Shown here piece after piece: positions 36,243 to 43,892 of a DNA stretch of 43,892 nt. Where the stretch lies: the IMG/VR virus record IMGVR_UViG_3300005573_000145, positions 1-43,892 of that record. One strand, written 5' to 3'. The notes under the pieces are model-generated. The model saw only the letters and a list, made by a program, of their open reading frames with translations. It had not been told where the DNA came from and ran no database searches. This DNA is from a virus. Lineage: Duplodnaviria > Caudoviricetes. Position 1 is the stretch's first letter. Each line of letters starts with the position of its first letter. A program made the position numbers and the translations under genes.

Positions 36243-36539
36243 CTAATTTAAACTATCATCAAAAGCAATATATCCTACAGTAAGAATGCCACTAGTGACA
36301 GATGAGCCATCTACTTGTGCAATAAATCCAGTTGCTGTAATACTTTTTGCACAGAGTGTGCCTGTAGTATCTGCTTCTTGTGCTGTTAATACTACTGCTG
36401 GAGTTTTTGCTCCCTTCATTGGCTTTTTGAAAGTTACACTAGCAGTTCCGTCTCCATTTGCATCAGTTGTAATATCAACTGTTCCTGCTTGGATATTTTG
36501 TGCTTTTATGTATCCACTTTTAAATCCGTACCTTCCCAT
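36243..36539 (-). CDS. Probable capsid decoration protein
   Basis: After MCP; IQAGTV...VTFKKP...PAVVLT...TATGF beta-sandwich; GGAGGT SD. Confidence 0.6.
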   Translation of the reverse strand: MGRYGFKSGYIKAQNIQAGTVDITTDANGDGTASVTFKKPMKGAKTPAVVLTAQEADTTGTLCAKSITATGFIAQVDGSSVTSGILTVGYIAFDDSLN

Positions 36540-36631
36540 TTTTTTACCTCCATTAAATTTAATTGGTTTCTTCTAATGTTGTGAAGACCAAAGCCATTTG
36601 GCTTATGCTTCCAATTTTTCCTTTTTCTAAT

Positions 36632-36667
36632 AACAAAAACAAAAAGGAAAAAAAAACAAAAAACAAA
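36632..36667 (-). terminator. Oligo-T terminator after MCP
   Basis: Long T-tracts directly after the MCP stop. Confidence 0.65.
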
Positions 36668-36668
36668 T

Positions 36669-37748
36669 TTAGGCATCAGCAACGTCAATAAATACTATTG
36701 CATCTGGATAAATGACTTTTACATCGTATTCACAGACTAAGCTAATCCTAACCTGGTCTCTTTCATTATATTCCCAGCTATTCAATTCGGGCTGTCTGCC
36801 CCATACGACTGCACATGCATGCTTTGGCTTACAAAGTATGCATCTAGTCATATCAACAGCAACATTTGCTGTTTCTGGGTCAGGTCCTTCGCTTCCTGCA
36901 GAAACTTGTTCAACGTTGTTTGTTACAACAACTCTTATTCCTAAGTATTGTCCAATTTCTCCATTCTGGACAACTACATCAGAACCATATTCTGCAGCAT
37001 TGGTGAATTGACTATCTTTCCTAAGGACTTCTTCTTGAGCTGGTCCTATGAACAAAACATATGGGTCATCTGGTGTATTCATCCATGGGTTTCCTGTAAC
37101 ATGTCCAGCTACAGAACCATATCCTCCACCTGCACCATTATTTGTTCTGTATTCTTTGTTCTTCGATTTAAGGAGCTTAGCTGCTTTAGCAATTAGGTCT
37201 GTAGTTAATACATCACCTGATGCTAGAGTAGAATCACTTGTAGCATCTCCTCCAAAGAGTATTTGAGCTCCTGTTGCACTTGAACTTGCTCCAATTGCAT
37301 CACCCATTGCTACAGCAATAGCTTTGTCTAGTCTTTCACCAATAGCATAAGAAAGTTCTTCTTTTGCTATTTCTAACAAATTAAGTGCATTAGTTCTTAA
37401 TGCATACTTTGTTAGAGCAAAACCAGCCATAACAGGTGATGGAGTAGCAATAATGCTCTTAAGATTATCTAATGTTGTCCATGAGATATCTGCAGAAGTT
37501 CTTTCTGTAGTATCAAATGATACTCCAGTTGAACCTTTGTATGTAGATTTAACTGGAATTACAACATCATGTATTCCCTGAGGAGCATTCATTACTCTAA
37601 CGAAATTGGCAAAGAATAGCTGAGATTTAGCTGCATCAATTATCTCTTTAAGATACTCTATGGGCTGCAAACCGTACTTTGTTCCTACTGTAGTACCTTG
37701 AACATCGCTTGAGCCAGTTTGTGCCAGTTCTTTTATTGTGTATTTCAT
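36669..37748 (-). CDS. Major capsid protein (HK97 fold)
   Basis: ELSYAIGERLD, YVLFIGP, NGEIGQYLGIRVVVTN, YDVKVIYPDAIV; follows protease/scaffold. Confidence 0.92.
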   Translation of the reverse strand: MKYTIKELAQTGSSDVQGTTVGTKYGLQPIEYLKEIIDAAKSQLFFANFVRVMNAPQGIHDVVIPVKSTYKGSTGVSFDTTERTSADISWTTLDNLKSIIATPSPVMAGFALTKYALRTNALNLLEIAKEELSYAIGERLDKAIAVAMGDAIGASSSATGAQILFGGDATSDSTLASGDVLTTDLIAKAAKLLKSKNKEYRTNNGAGGGYGSVAGHVTGNPWMNTPDDPYVLFIGPAQEEVLRKDSQFTNAAEYGSDVVVQNGEIGQYLGIRVVVTNNVEQVSAGSEGPDPETANVAVDMTRCILCKPKHACAVVWGRQPELNSWEYNERDQVRISLVCEYDVKVIYPDAIVFIDVADA

Positions 37749-37749
37749 T

Positions 37750-38805
37750 TTATGCAAAGCTAGACCTCAAGAATTCAGCCATAGCAAGAGTCCCAGGTTT
37801 ATGAAGCTTGTCATTAGTAGCAAATACAGAAACTTTAGCTTGTTTATCCTGAGAAAGTTCTTGCACAGATTTAGCATCTGGTGCATTTAACCTTTCAGAA
37901 AGTTCCTGAATCTTCTGTTCCATTTCCTTTATCTTTTTTTCTGAAGATTCTTCCTCATAAGGATAAGGATATTTCTTTTTTCTTCTAAGGATATTTGTAA
38001 GCTGTTCTATTTTGCTTACTATTTCCTCTTCAGAAAGCTGTTCCAATTCTTCAGATTCTTTGCTTTTTTCTTTATAAGCCTTAGCAATGTCTTTGAAGCT
38101 CATTTTTGGATATTTTTTTCTCATACTAGCGACAAAATCTGTCCAATCGCTCATAGAAACAATATCCAAAAGTTCTTTTTCAGACATTTCTTCCTCTGAA
38201 GATTTTTTATCCTTACTAGCCATTTCTTCAGTAACTTCCTCTTCTTCTTCCTCAGTTGTTTCTTCCTCTGCTACTTCTGTTTCTTCTTCCTCCAGAACTC
38301 CTTTCTTTTTTGATTCTTGTGGCATTTTTTTAACCTCCTGCTTAGATTTAATTTGAGCTTGAGATAAATTTATATAAGCTTTTTTAACTGCTGGATTTGT
38401 AACTATTGAAAAATTTTCAAATACAAAATCTTTTAACTCTCCTTTGTCTTCAGTTCCTCTAATTCTTGGAGAAATTCCAAATTTTGCCTTTGCTTTTAAT
38501 AATTTAACAATAATATTTTCATCATATAATTCTAAATCTCCAACTAAATTATTTCCTTCTAATCTTGGATTTCTAACCCATCCAACCCAATCATGAACGC
38601 TTAAAGGTTTGTCTGCATGGTCTAATATTATAGAAATAGCATCTTTATCATTCCAATTTGTATTTTCAAAAGCTTTTTTGATTTCCTCTGCTGAATAATG
38701 AATATCATTCCACTTTCCAGGAGCCATTAATATTTTGTTTTTGATAACAGTTGGTATAGTAACAACATCTTGTTCAGAAAGTTCGGCACAAATAGGGTTT
38801 ACCAT
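37750..38805 (-). CDS. Prohead protease fused to scaffolding domain
   Basis: LMAPGKW, ILDH, VGWV, GISP, FSIVTNPAV, then an acidic coiled coil. Confidence 0.85.
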   Translation of the reverse strand: MVNPICAELSEQDVVTIPTVIKNKILMAPGKWNDIHYSAEEIKKAFENTNWNDKDAISIILDHADKPLSVHDWVGWVRNPRLEGNNLVGDLELYDENIIVKLLKAKAKFGISPRIRGTEDKGELKDFVFENFSIVTNPAVKKAYINLSQAQIKSKQEVKKMPQESKKKGVLEEEETEVAEEETTEEEEEEVTEEMASKDKKSSEEEMSEKELLDIVSMSDWTDFVASMRKKYPKMSFKDIAKAYKEKSKESEELEQLSEEEIVSKIEQLTNILRRKKKYPYPYEEESSEKKIKEMEQKIQELSERLNAPDAKSVQELSQDKQAKVSVFATNDKLHKPGTLAMAEFLRSSFA

Positions 38806-38826
38806 AGAAAATATATAGTATAACTA

Positions 38827-38842
38827 ATATTTAAATCTTTCT
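38827..38842 (-). promoter_or_regulatory. BRE-TATA promoter for the head operon
   Basis: AGAAAGATTTAAATAT ~22 nt upstream of ATG 38805. Confidence 0.8.
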
Positions 38843-38854
38843 ATAATTATATAT

Positions 38855-40408
38855 TTATTCATTCAACTTGTCAAAAAGAATTATATGCCTATTTCCAATA
38901 TGAGCTATATGCCATGAGTACTTTCCAGTAATGTCAATTAGCTCATCAGGAAGGTCTTTAGAATACTCTAGTCCTTCTTTTTTTGCTTCTTCTAATGGTC
39001 TTTTATCAATTTTTCCTTTATCAGATTTGTATTCAATATGAATAACATGGTCATCTACTTTGTGGATTGTATATTTTCCTTTTGAAATTATAGTAAATAT
39101 TCCTGGATTATGCTTTGTTGCCCCTATTCCTCCTTTTTTTGTAATTCCTTGAAAAGTAAGCCATTCAGTAGGTTGTGGAAGTTTTATAGTAGAACGAATA
39201 TTGTTCCTTTTAGTTTCTATTGGAAGCCTATCTTCTGTGCTTCTTCCAAATAATGTTATTCCTTCTAAATGGTCATCCACTTTATGCCTAATATCATAAT
39301 GTAATGTTTTTCCTCTTGTATGAACTTGCATAACATAATCATTCCATTTTCCAATCATATTTTTAAAGCTTTCTTGCATTCTTTGTGGAAAATTAAGCAC
39401 TTCTATTTCTTTTCCTTCACCTCTTGATTTTGATTCAGCTAATTCTTCACTAATAATTATTTCATGTCCATCTAATTCTGTATGAATAATAGATGCTCCA
39501 ATAGAAGTAACTAAATCTTCTAATCTATCAATAGTAGACAAATTTTCATTAGTTTTGTCTACAACTCTAGGTTTATGTATAGAATAATGAACTCCTTGTT
39601 TTCCTTCGTGTCTCCATACTTCTTCTACTAATATTTGTATTCTATCTCCTGTATTAAAAATTTTATCTGTATTAAATGTATGACCAAGAATTAAGAAACC
39701 ATTTTTAATATAGTCTTTGTCTAGAAATTTTTTATCTGCTTTTATTCCAACTAAGTAATTATAAAGGTTTCTCTTTTTAGGCACTCTTTCTATAACCTCT
39801 ACAACTAAAGGACTTAATTTTCTAAATTTTTTCCAAGAAGAGTTTTCTCCAAAAAAATATGGAGCATCTAAATCTTTAACTACTGCTCCTTCTGAGCCTT
39901 CTAAATCAGAAGCCCAATTTATTGCCTTTTTTAATTCCTCAATATCTTTGCTAACTATTTTTCTCTCGATTTCTTTTATTCTATCATTAAAATTAAGCTT
40001 TTTAAGATATTCTATTCTTTCTTTAAGAGAAAGGCTATCTATAGGCTTATTAAAATAAACTATATCCCAAACATGCAATTTTATATTTGAATCATCTACT
40101 TTCTTTCCAGATTTTACTGCTCCCGTATATTTCATTAAAGCATTTCTTCCAAGAGTATTGCCTTTTTCATCATATGGAACTAATTCACCATCTATAATAA
40201 AATCTTCTTTAGAAAGTTTTTTAATCTCTTCTATAAGTGTAGGAAAAGCAAAAGTTAAGTCTTTTTTTTGTTCTGAAAATATTTTGACTTCATCGTCCTT
40301 TTTATGAATAGTAGCATGAAAACCATTCATTTTTTTCTCTACAGAGAGATTTCCCTCAGGAATATTAGACAAAATTATTCCATAATCACTTTCAATAAAT
40401 TTGTTCAT
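38855..40408 (-). CDS. ATP-dependent DNA ligase (adenylation and OB domains) fused to a LigD-type 3'-phosphoesterase domain
   Basis: EKKMNG, IIDGELV, VWDIVY, EGAVVK, WKKFRK; YVMQVH...LHYDIR phosphoesterase motif. Confidence 0.88.
   Translation of the reverse strand: MNKFIESDYGIILSNIPEGNLSVEKKMNGFHATIHKKDDEVKIFSEQKKDLTFAFPTLIEEIKKLSKEDFIIDGELVPYDEKGNTLGRNALMKYTGAVKSGKKVDDSNIKLHVWDIVYFNKPIDSLSLKERIEYLKKLNFNDRIKEIERKIVSKDIEELKKAINWASDLEGSEGAVVKDLDAPYFFGENSSWKKFRKLSPLVVEVIERVPKKRNLYNYLVGIKADKKFLDKDYIKNGFLILGHTFNTDKIFNTGDRIQILVEEVWRHEGKQGVHYSIHKPRVVDKTNENLSTIDRLEDLVTSIGASIIHTELDGHEIIISEELAESKSRGEGKEIEVLNFPQRMQESFKNMIGKWNDYVMQVHTRGKTLHYDIRHKVDDHLEGITLFGRSTEDRLPIETKRNNIRSTIKLPQPTEWLTFQGITKKGGIGATKHNPGIFTIISKGKYTIHKVDDHVIHIEYKSDKGKIDKRPLEEAKKEGLEYSKDLPDELIDITGKYSWHIAHIGNRHIILFDKLNE
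40395..40404. repeat. 10-bp direct repeat ATAAATTTGT at the other fibre-cassette boundary
   Basis: Matches 1375..1384. Confidence 0.55.
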
Positions 40409-40539
40409 GTTAGCATTTTCATCCTTTTACTTTTCATTTCTTCTTTTTTACAATATAATTATGATTTAAATAATTTCCTGTTCTATTCCATTTTCTTTGC
40501 AATTTTCATCTTTTGTATTGATTGCATATTCATTTATTA

Positions 40540-42621
40540 TTATGAAACAGAACCATAATTATATTCTCTCCCACTACTTGTACCTCCTGTATCCATAACT
40601 ACTGGCTGTGCCTGAAATACATAATCCATATTTGTAAGTGTAGGGTTACCTCCAGCAACCGAAATTGTCATATCATCTACATATCCAGAATAAGTAGTTC
40701 CTCCGTAAGCCCAAGCTTCTATCTCAACCACTCCTGCCTCTGTTGGTGTAAATTGTATCTGTAACTCTTCCCAAGTATCTGCAGCCGCAGTCATAGTGGC
40801 AGTTACATCATCATCAACTCCTGCTATTTGTTTACCTCTACAGACTAATTTCATTGTTAAACCAGTATTGCTTCTTCTAAACCACGCCTTTACTGTAACC
40901 AGATTATTGGCTGTGCAGGCAACTTTGGCTATCTTTAAATCTAAAGGATAATTAGATGCCCTGCTTGATGAAGTTGGGGATAATTTCCAAGCAATTCCTG
41001 AAGCAGTATGTCTAACCGTTGTTTGAGAATTAATTATTCCGCCATCTGTGAATATCCAATGATTATTTGTAGTTTGGTCATGGTTTTGAGAGAAAATTCT
41101 TGAATTAGCAAAATTAGTATAGCCCCCAACCTCTGTTGATTCGGCAATTAAGGCGTTATAAAGATAATTCATTTGTGTATCATTACGAATCCCTCCTGTC
41201 CCATTTCCTGAAGTTGATAAAGATTTAATGGTATTGTTGTTGCTGCTGGAGTAGTAGACTCCATAGTTATTATTATTAGCATTTGAAAGGGTGGTAATAG
41301 TATTATTGCTGCTGCTGGTGTAGTAGACCCCATAGGGATTATTATTAGCATTTAAAAGAGTAGTAATAGTGTTGTAGTTACTAGTGGCGTAATAAACCCC
41401 AGCGGAACTATTATTATTAGCATTTAAAAGAGTAGTAATAGTGTTGTAGTTACTATTGTTGTAATAAACCCCAGAGGTAGTATTGTTATTGGCATTTGAA
41501 AGAGTAGTAATAGTGTTGTTATTACTATTGTTGTTATAGCCAATTCCATAGTTATAACGGCAAACATTAAGATAATTGAAGGTAATATAAGATTTACCAT
41601 TTAAATAAAGTCCATATCCATTTCCATTCAACCCATCAAAAAATGTTTCTCCATCTTGAACCGTAGTAGAAGTATTCCAGCCACCTTGAAATTCTATATT
41701 GTTTCCCAAAGTTCCATTATCTTGAACTTCTTGAACGGCTGCTCCACTGGCACCAGTTATACCCGTTTTTATTGTTTCTCTTTTATAAGTGGTTACAGTT
41801 TCAGTTGTTCCAGAATATCCTCTACCAGCATTGGCTAGAGTATTTGTATCAGCATCCAGTAAAACTGTAGTCCCATTTATACTTTGTATTCCATACCAAC
41901 CTTCTGTTCCTCCTTGCTCCGCTGAATTTTTAGAAATCAAACTCTGAAGATTAAGCCCATCAGTTGTGCAAGCGATAAAATCATCTAATAGAAGAGTTAT
42001 TATTCCTGGGTCAGTATTTGCATAAATAGCAATTGACTGGATAGAAGACCCCAAATTTCCTCCTCCATCTTTTGTAAGTGTCAAAGGCAAGTATCTATTC
42101 GTTGAAGGAATAGCTGGTATCCAAAAAGTATCTACAATAGTATCTCCTGTCGTGTCAGAACAAAGAACCACCTTAAAAACAGTTGCCGAAGCGATTGCCG
42201 CATCGTTTCGTATCCAGAAACTAATTTTCTGATAACTGGACAAATCTAAAGCGGCTGGAAGGGTTTTATAAGCAACTTTGCCAGTGATAAAGGAGGAGGC
42301 AATGGCAAGGGATGCGGCATAACTACCTTCTTTCATTGTTGTTGAGGTAGTAGCAGTGACATTAGTTGAAGCGGTCCAAGCGGTTTCGCACATTTCTATA
42401 TTGGCAGTTTGAGCAGTAGCCAAAGTAACCGTCTTTGATAAATTTGTCCAAGTAGCATTTCCAATTGATGTCGGAGGTGGACTTTTAGCAATTCTGATAA
42501 CATCGCCAGGAGCTATTCTGGAAGCAGTTGCTCCATTAGTTATAGTCTTCCAAGCAGTAGCCCAACTTAATCCGTCATTTGAATCGTTACCGTTTTCGTA
42601 ATCTAAATAAAATATTGTCAT
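40540..42621 (-). CDS. Beta-helix / carbohydrate-binding spike-like protein
   Basis: YLDYENGNDSNDGLSWATAWKTI...PGDVIRI beta-helix start; Asn-ladder repeats; C-terminal CBM-like domain. Confidence 0.8.
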   Translation of the reverse strand: MTIFYLDYENGNDSNDGLSWATAWKTITNGATASRIAPGDVIRIAKSPPPTSIGNATWTNLSKTVTLATAQTANIEMCETAWTASTNVTATTSTTMKEGSYAASLAIASSFITGKVAYKTLPAALDLSSYQKISFWIRNDAAIASATVFKVVLCSDTTGDTIVDTFWIPAIPSTNRYLPLTLTKDGGGNLGSSIQSIAIYANTDPGIITLLLDDFIACTTDGLNLQSLISKNSAEQGGTEGWYGIQSINGTTVLLDADTNTLANAGRGYSGTTETVTTYKRETIKTGITGASGAAVQEVQDNGTLGNNIEFQGGWNTSTTVQDGETFFDGLNGNGYGLYLNGKSYITFNYLNVCRYNYGIGYNNNSNNNTITTLSNANNNTTSGVYYNNSNYNTITTLLNANNNSSAGVYYATSNYNTITTLLNANNNPYGVYYTSSSNNTITTLSNANNNNYGVYYSSSNNNTIKSLSTSGNGTGGIRNDTQMNYLYNALIAESTEVGGYTNFANSRIFSQNHDQTTNNHWIFTDGGIINSQTTVRHTASGIAWKLSPTSSSRASNYPLDLKIAKVACTANNLVTVKAWFRRSNTGLTMKLVCRGKQIAGVDDDVTATMTAAADTWEELQIQFTPTEAGVVEIEAWAYGGTTYSGYVDDMTISVAGGNPTLTNMDYVFQAQPVVMDTGGTSSGREYNYGSVS
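41230..41545 (-). repeat. Tandem 69-72-bp coding repeats (NTITTLxNANNNxxGVYY)
   Basis: 43-bp identical blocks at 41341 and 41413, plus diverged copies. Confidence 0.85.
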
Positions 42622-42626
42622 ATTGG

Positions 42627-42887
42627 TTACTCCGTAAATTTTATTTTTTCCTCTAAAACTTTTATTTTTTCTTTTAATTCATCTATTGTTGGCTCTATCA
42701 AAGGCGGTTCATTTAAAACAAAACAGTATTTCTGTGTTTCAGCGATAATTTCATTTTCTGTTGGTTTATCCTGAAATTTTAAAATAATACATTCTTCTTC
42801 TTGCCCATTAATAATAGAAACTTTTACTCGATATTTCCCTGCTATATCCTGCCAAATTTCTATTATTTTATTAAATTGCCAATCCAT
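42627..42887 (-). CDS. Hypothetical protein (possible spike chaperone)
   Basis: GGAGGAG SD; directly upstream of the spike gene. Confidence 0.6.
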   Translation of the reverse strand: MDWQFNKIIEIWQDIAGKYRVKVSIINGQEEECIILKFQDKPTENEIIAETQKYCFVLNEPPLIEPTIDELKEKIKVLEEKIKFTE

Positions 42888-42902
42888 ATTTCTCCTCCAA
42901 AT

Positions 42903-43322
42903 TTATGTTTTATATCCAAAAATATCAACAGCTACTTTTGTAACTGTACTTACCGAATCGACATTTATTCTCACATAATCTCCAGCATTAACAGTGGTTG
43001 TCCAAGTGGTTAATGAAGTATCTTGATTTTTCTGTTGATTTGATAAGGTAGGTTTTTCAGAGCCTGCGATTGTATCAGCAACTGTAGGAGGAAAATTGTC
43101 ATAAGTACTTTTCCAAACATCAACTACAATGGAACCCGATTGGTCGGCAGTAATTTCCCATCCCGTAATTATCATATTGTAAGGAACTCTTACCCACGAT
43201 TTTGCTCCTATTGTAATTACTGACCCTCCACCATCTATGTCAAAGTGAAGTTGGGCGGTTTTTACATCGCCTGTTTCATAATAGTCTAAATTCCCTATTA
43301 GCGGATTAAATTTATAAGGCAT
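42903..43322 (-). CDS. Short fibre/decoration protein
   Basis: N-terminal YKFNPLIGNLDYYE then an IDGGGSVIT...ADQSGSIVVDVWK...PPT beta-sandwich. Confidence 0.7.
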   Translation of the reverse strand: MPYKFNPLIGNLDYYETGDVKTAQLHFDIDGGGSVITIGAKSWVRVPYNMIITGWEITADQSGSIVVDVWKSTYDNFPPTVADTIAGSEKPTLSNQQKNQDTSLTTWTTTVNAGDYVRINVDSVSTVTKVAVDIFGYKT

Positions 43323-43340
43323 TTTACATCAATAAATATT

Positions 43341-43592
43341 TTATTTAATTTCTTTCATTATTTCATCTAACACTTCTTTTGCACTTGTAAGTCTACTTAA
43401 TTCATCTTGTAGTATTTGCTTACTCTTATTGTATTCATCATCTATTGTTGCTAACCTTGATTGCACATTCGCTATTGCTATTTTTAATGCGTCGTATTCT
43501 GCTTTTAGTCCCTTCTCATCTACCACTTTCTCTACTTTTGTTATTAATTTATACTGTTCACCTTCCTTAACTACATTATATATTGTATCCAT
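43341..43592 (-). CDS. Coiled-coil hypothetical protein
   Basis: AAAGGAGGT SD; heptad repeat. Confidence 0.65.
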   Translation of the reverse strand: MDTIYNVVKEGEQYKLITKVEKVVDEKGLKAEYDALKIAIANVQSRLATIDDEYNKSKQILQDELSRLTSAKEVLDEIMKEIK

Positions 43593-43611
43593 CTTATACC
43601 TCCTTTCACAT

Positions 43612-43771
43612 TTAATTTAATAATAACCAATTTGATGAATCTGTAGTTCCATCTGCTATATATACTTTATGGTTTGCTGTATCAACATAAATATCTCCTA
43701 CTCTAACTGGAGTTGTAGTTGGGGCACTAGTTCCTTTTGTTACTCCGGGTATTCCTTGCCTTTTTGTTGAA
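43612..43771 (-). CDS. 3' part of the origin-spanning 344-aa fibre protein
   Basis: In frame with 875..1; GTSAPTTTP..VGDIYVDT..KVYI..W motif. Confidence 0.8.
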
Positions 43772-43892
43772 CCTGCCACTCCATTAGTAGAAGTCATATA
43801 CCAAGTGTCTACATTAAATTCTATTGCTCCTGTTTCTTCTGTCGATAATAATGTTCCACTTGTGAATTTTAGAGGAGCGGTGCCTGCTGAAG
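43772..43892. repeat. Terminal direct repeat, right copy
   Basis: Identical to 1..121. Confidence 0.97.

Larger units (their letters stand above)
1..43892. mobile_element. Complete circular genome of a tailed dsDNA virus (Caudoviricetes, siphovirus-type), probable archaeal host
   Basis: Terminal overlap; TerL, portal, protease, HK97 MCP, neck, tail tube and tape measure genes; archaeal BRE-TATA promoters, Hjc and archaeal-type RNase HII. Confidence 0.93.

Noticed and set aside
41230-41545. AAC/AAT-rich repeats as a DGR template/variable repeat pair
   Set aside because: No reverse transcriptase seen; repeats are tandem in-frame Asn ladders and differences are not adenine-specific
40405-43771. 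Fibre cassette as an archaeal intron or a transposon
   Set aside because: No bulge-helix-bulge evident at the junctions, internal promoters and an antisense gene are present, and no transposase, integrase or terminal inverted repeats were seen
1-43892. Alternative genetic code or tRNA genes
   Set aside because: Genes tile densely in the standard code using all three stops, and no cloverleaf with a T-loop was noticed by eye

Overview
The window is the complete circular genome (43,771 bp after removing a 121-bp terminal overlap) of an AT-rich tailed dsDNA virus with a siphovirus-type layout: HK97-fold capsid, tape measure, no sheath. The host is almost certainly an archaeon, most plausibly DPANN-like. 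Support for this is nine near-identical BRE-TATA promoters, leaderless genes, an Hjc resolvase, an archaeal RNase HII, a DUF2080-like protein and a DUF2341 surface glycoprotein. A minus-strand late arm runs Hjc, TerL, Cas4-like nuclease, portal, a multi-enzyme protein, a ~4.75-kb fibre cassette across the origin, a DNA ligase-phosphoesterase, protease/scaffold, major capsid protein (MCP), neck and tail genes. Plus-strand early blocks carry an Ocr-like protein, Ku, an AAA+ ATPase, a degenerate RNase HII, a DNA methyltransferase and an SSB-like protein. No integrase, DNA polymerase, tRNA or CRISPR array was recognised. The best candidate for a new system is an apparently capsid-loaded nucleic-acid end-repair polyprotein (MBL hydrolase, ASCH, Pol-beta-like NTase, ATP-dependent ligase, LigD-type phosphoesterase). 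It carries an internal copy of the MCP N-arm, has protease-like sites at its domain borders, co-occurs with a viral Ku, and appears split by the fibre cassette at a 10-bp direct repeat whose removal restores one 1,160-aa frame. All family calls come from motif recognition by eye; no searches were run.
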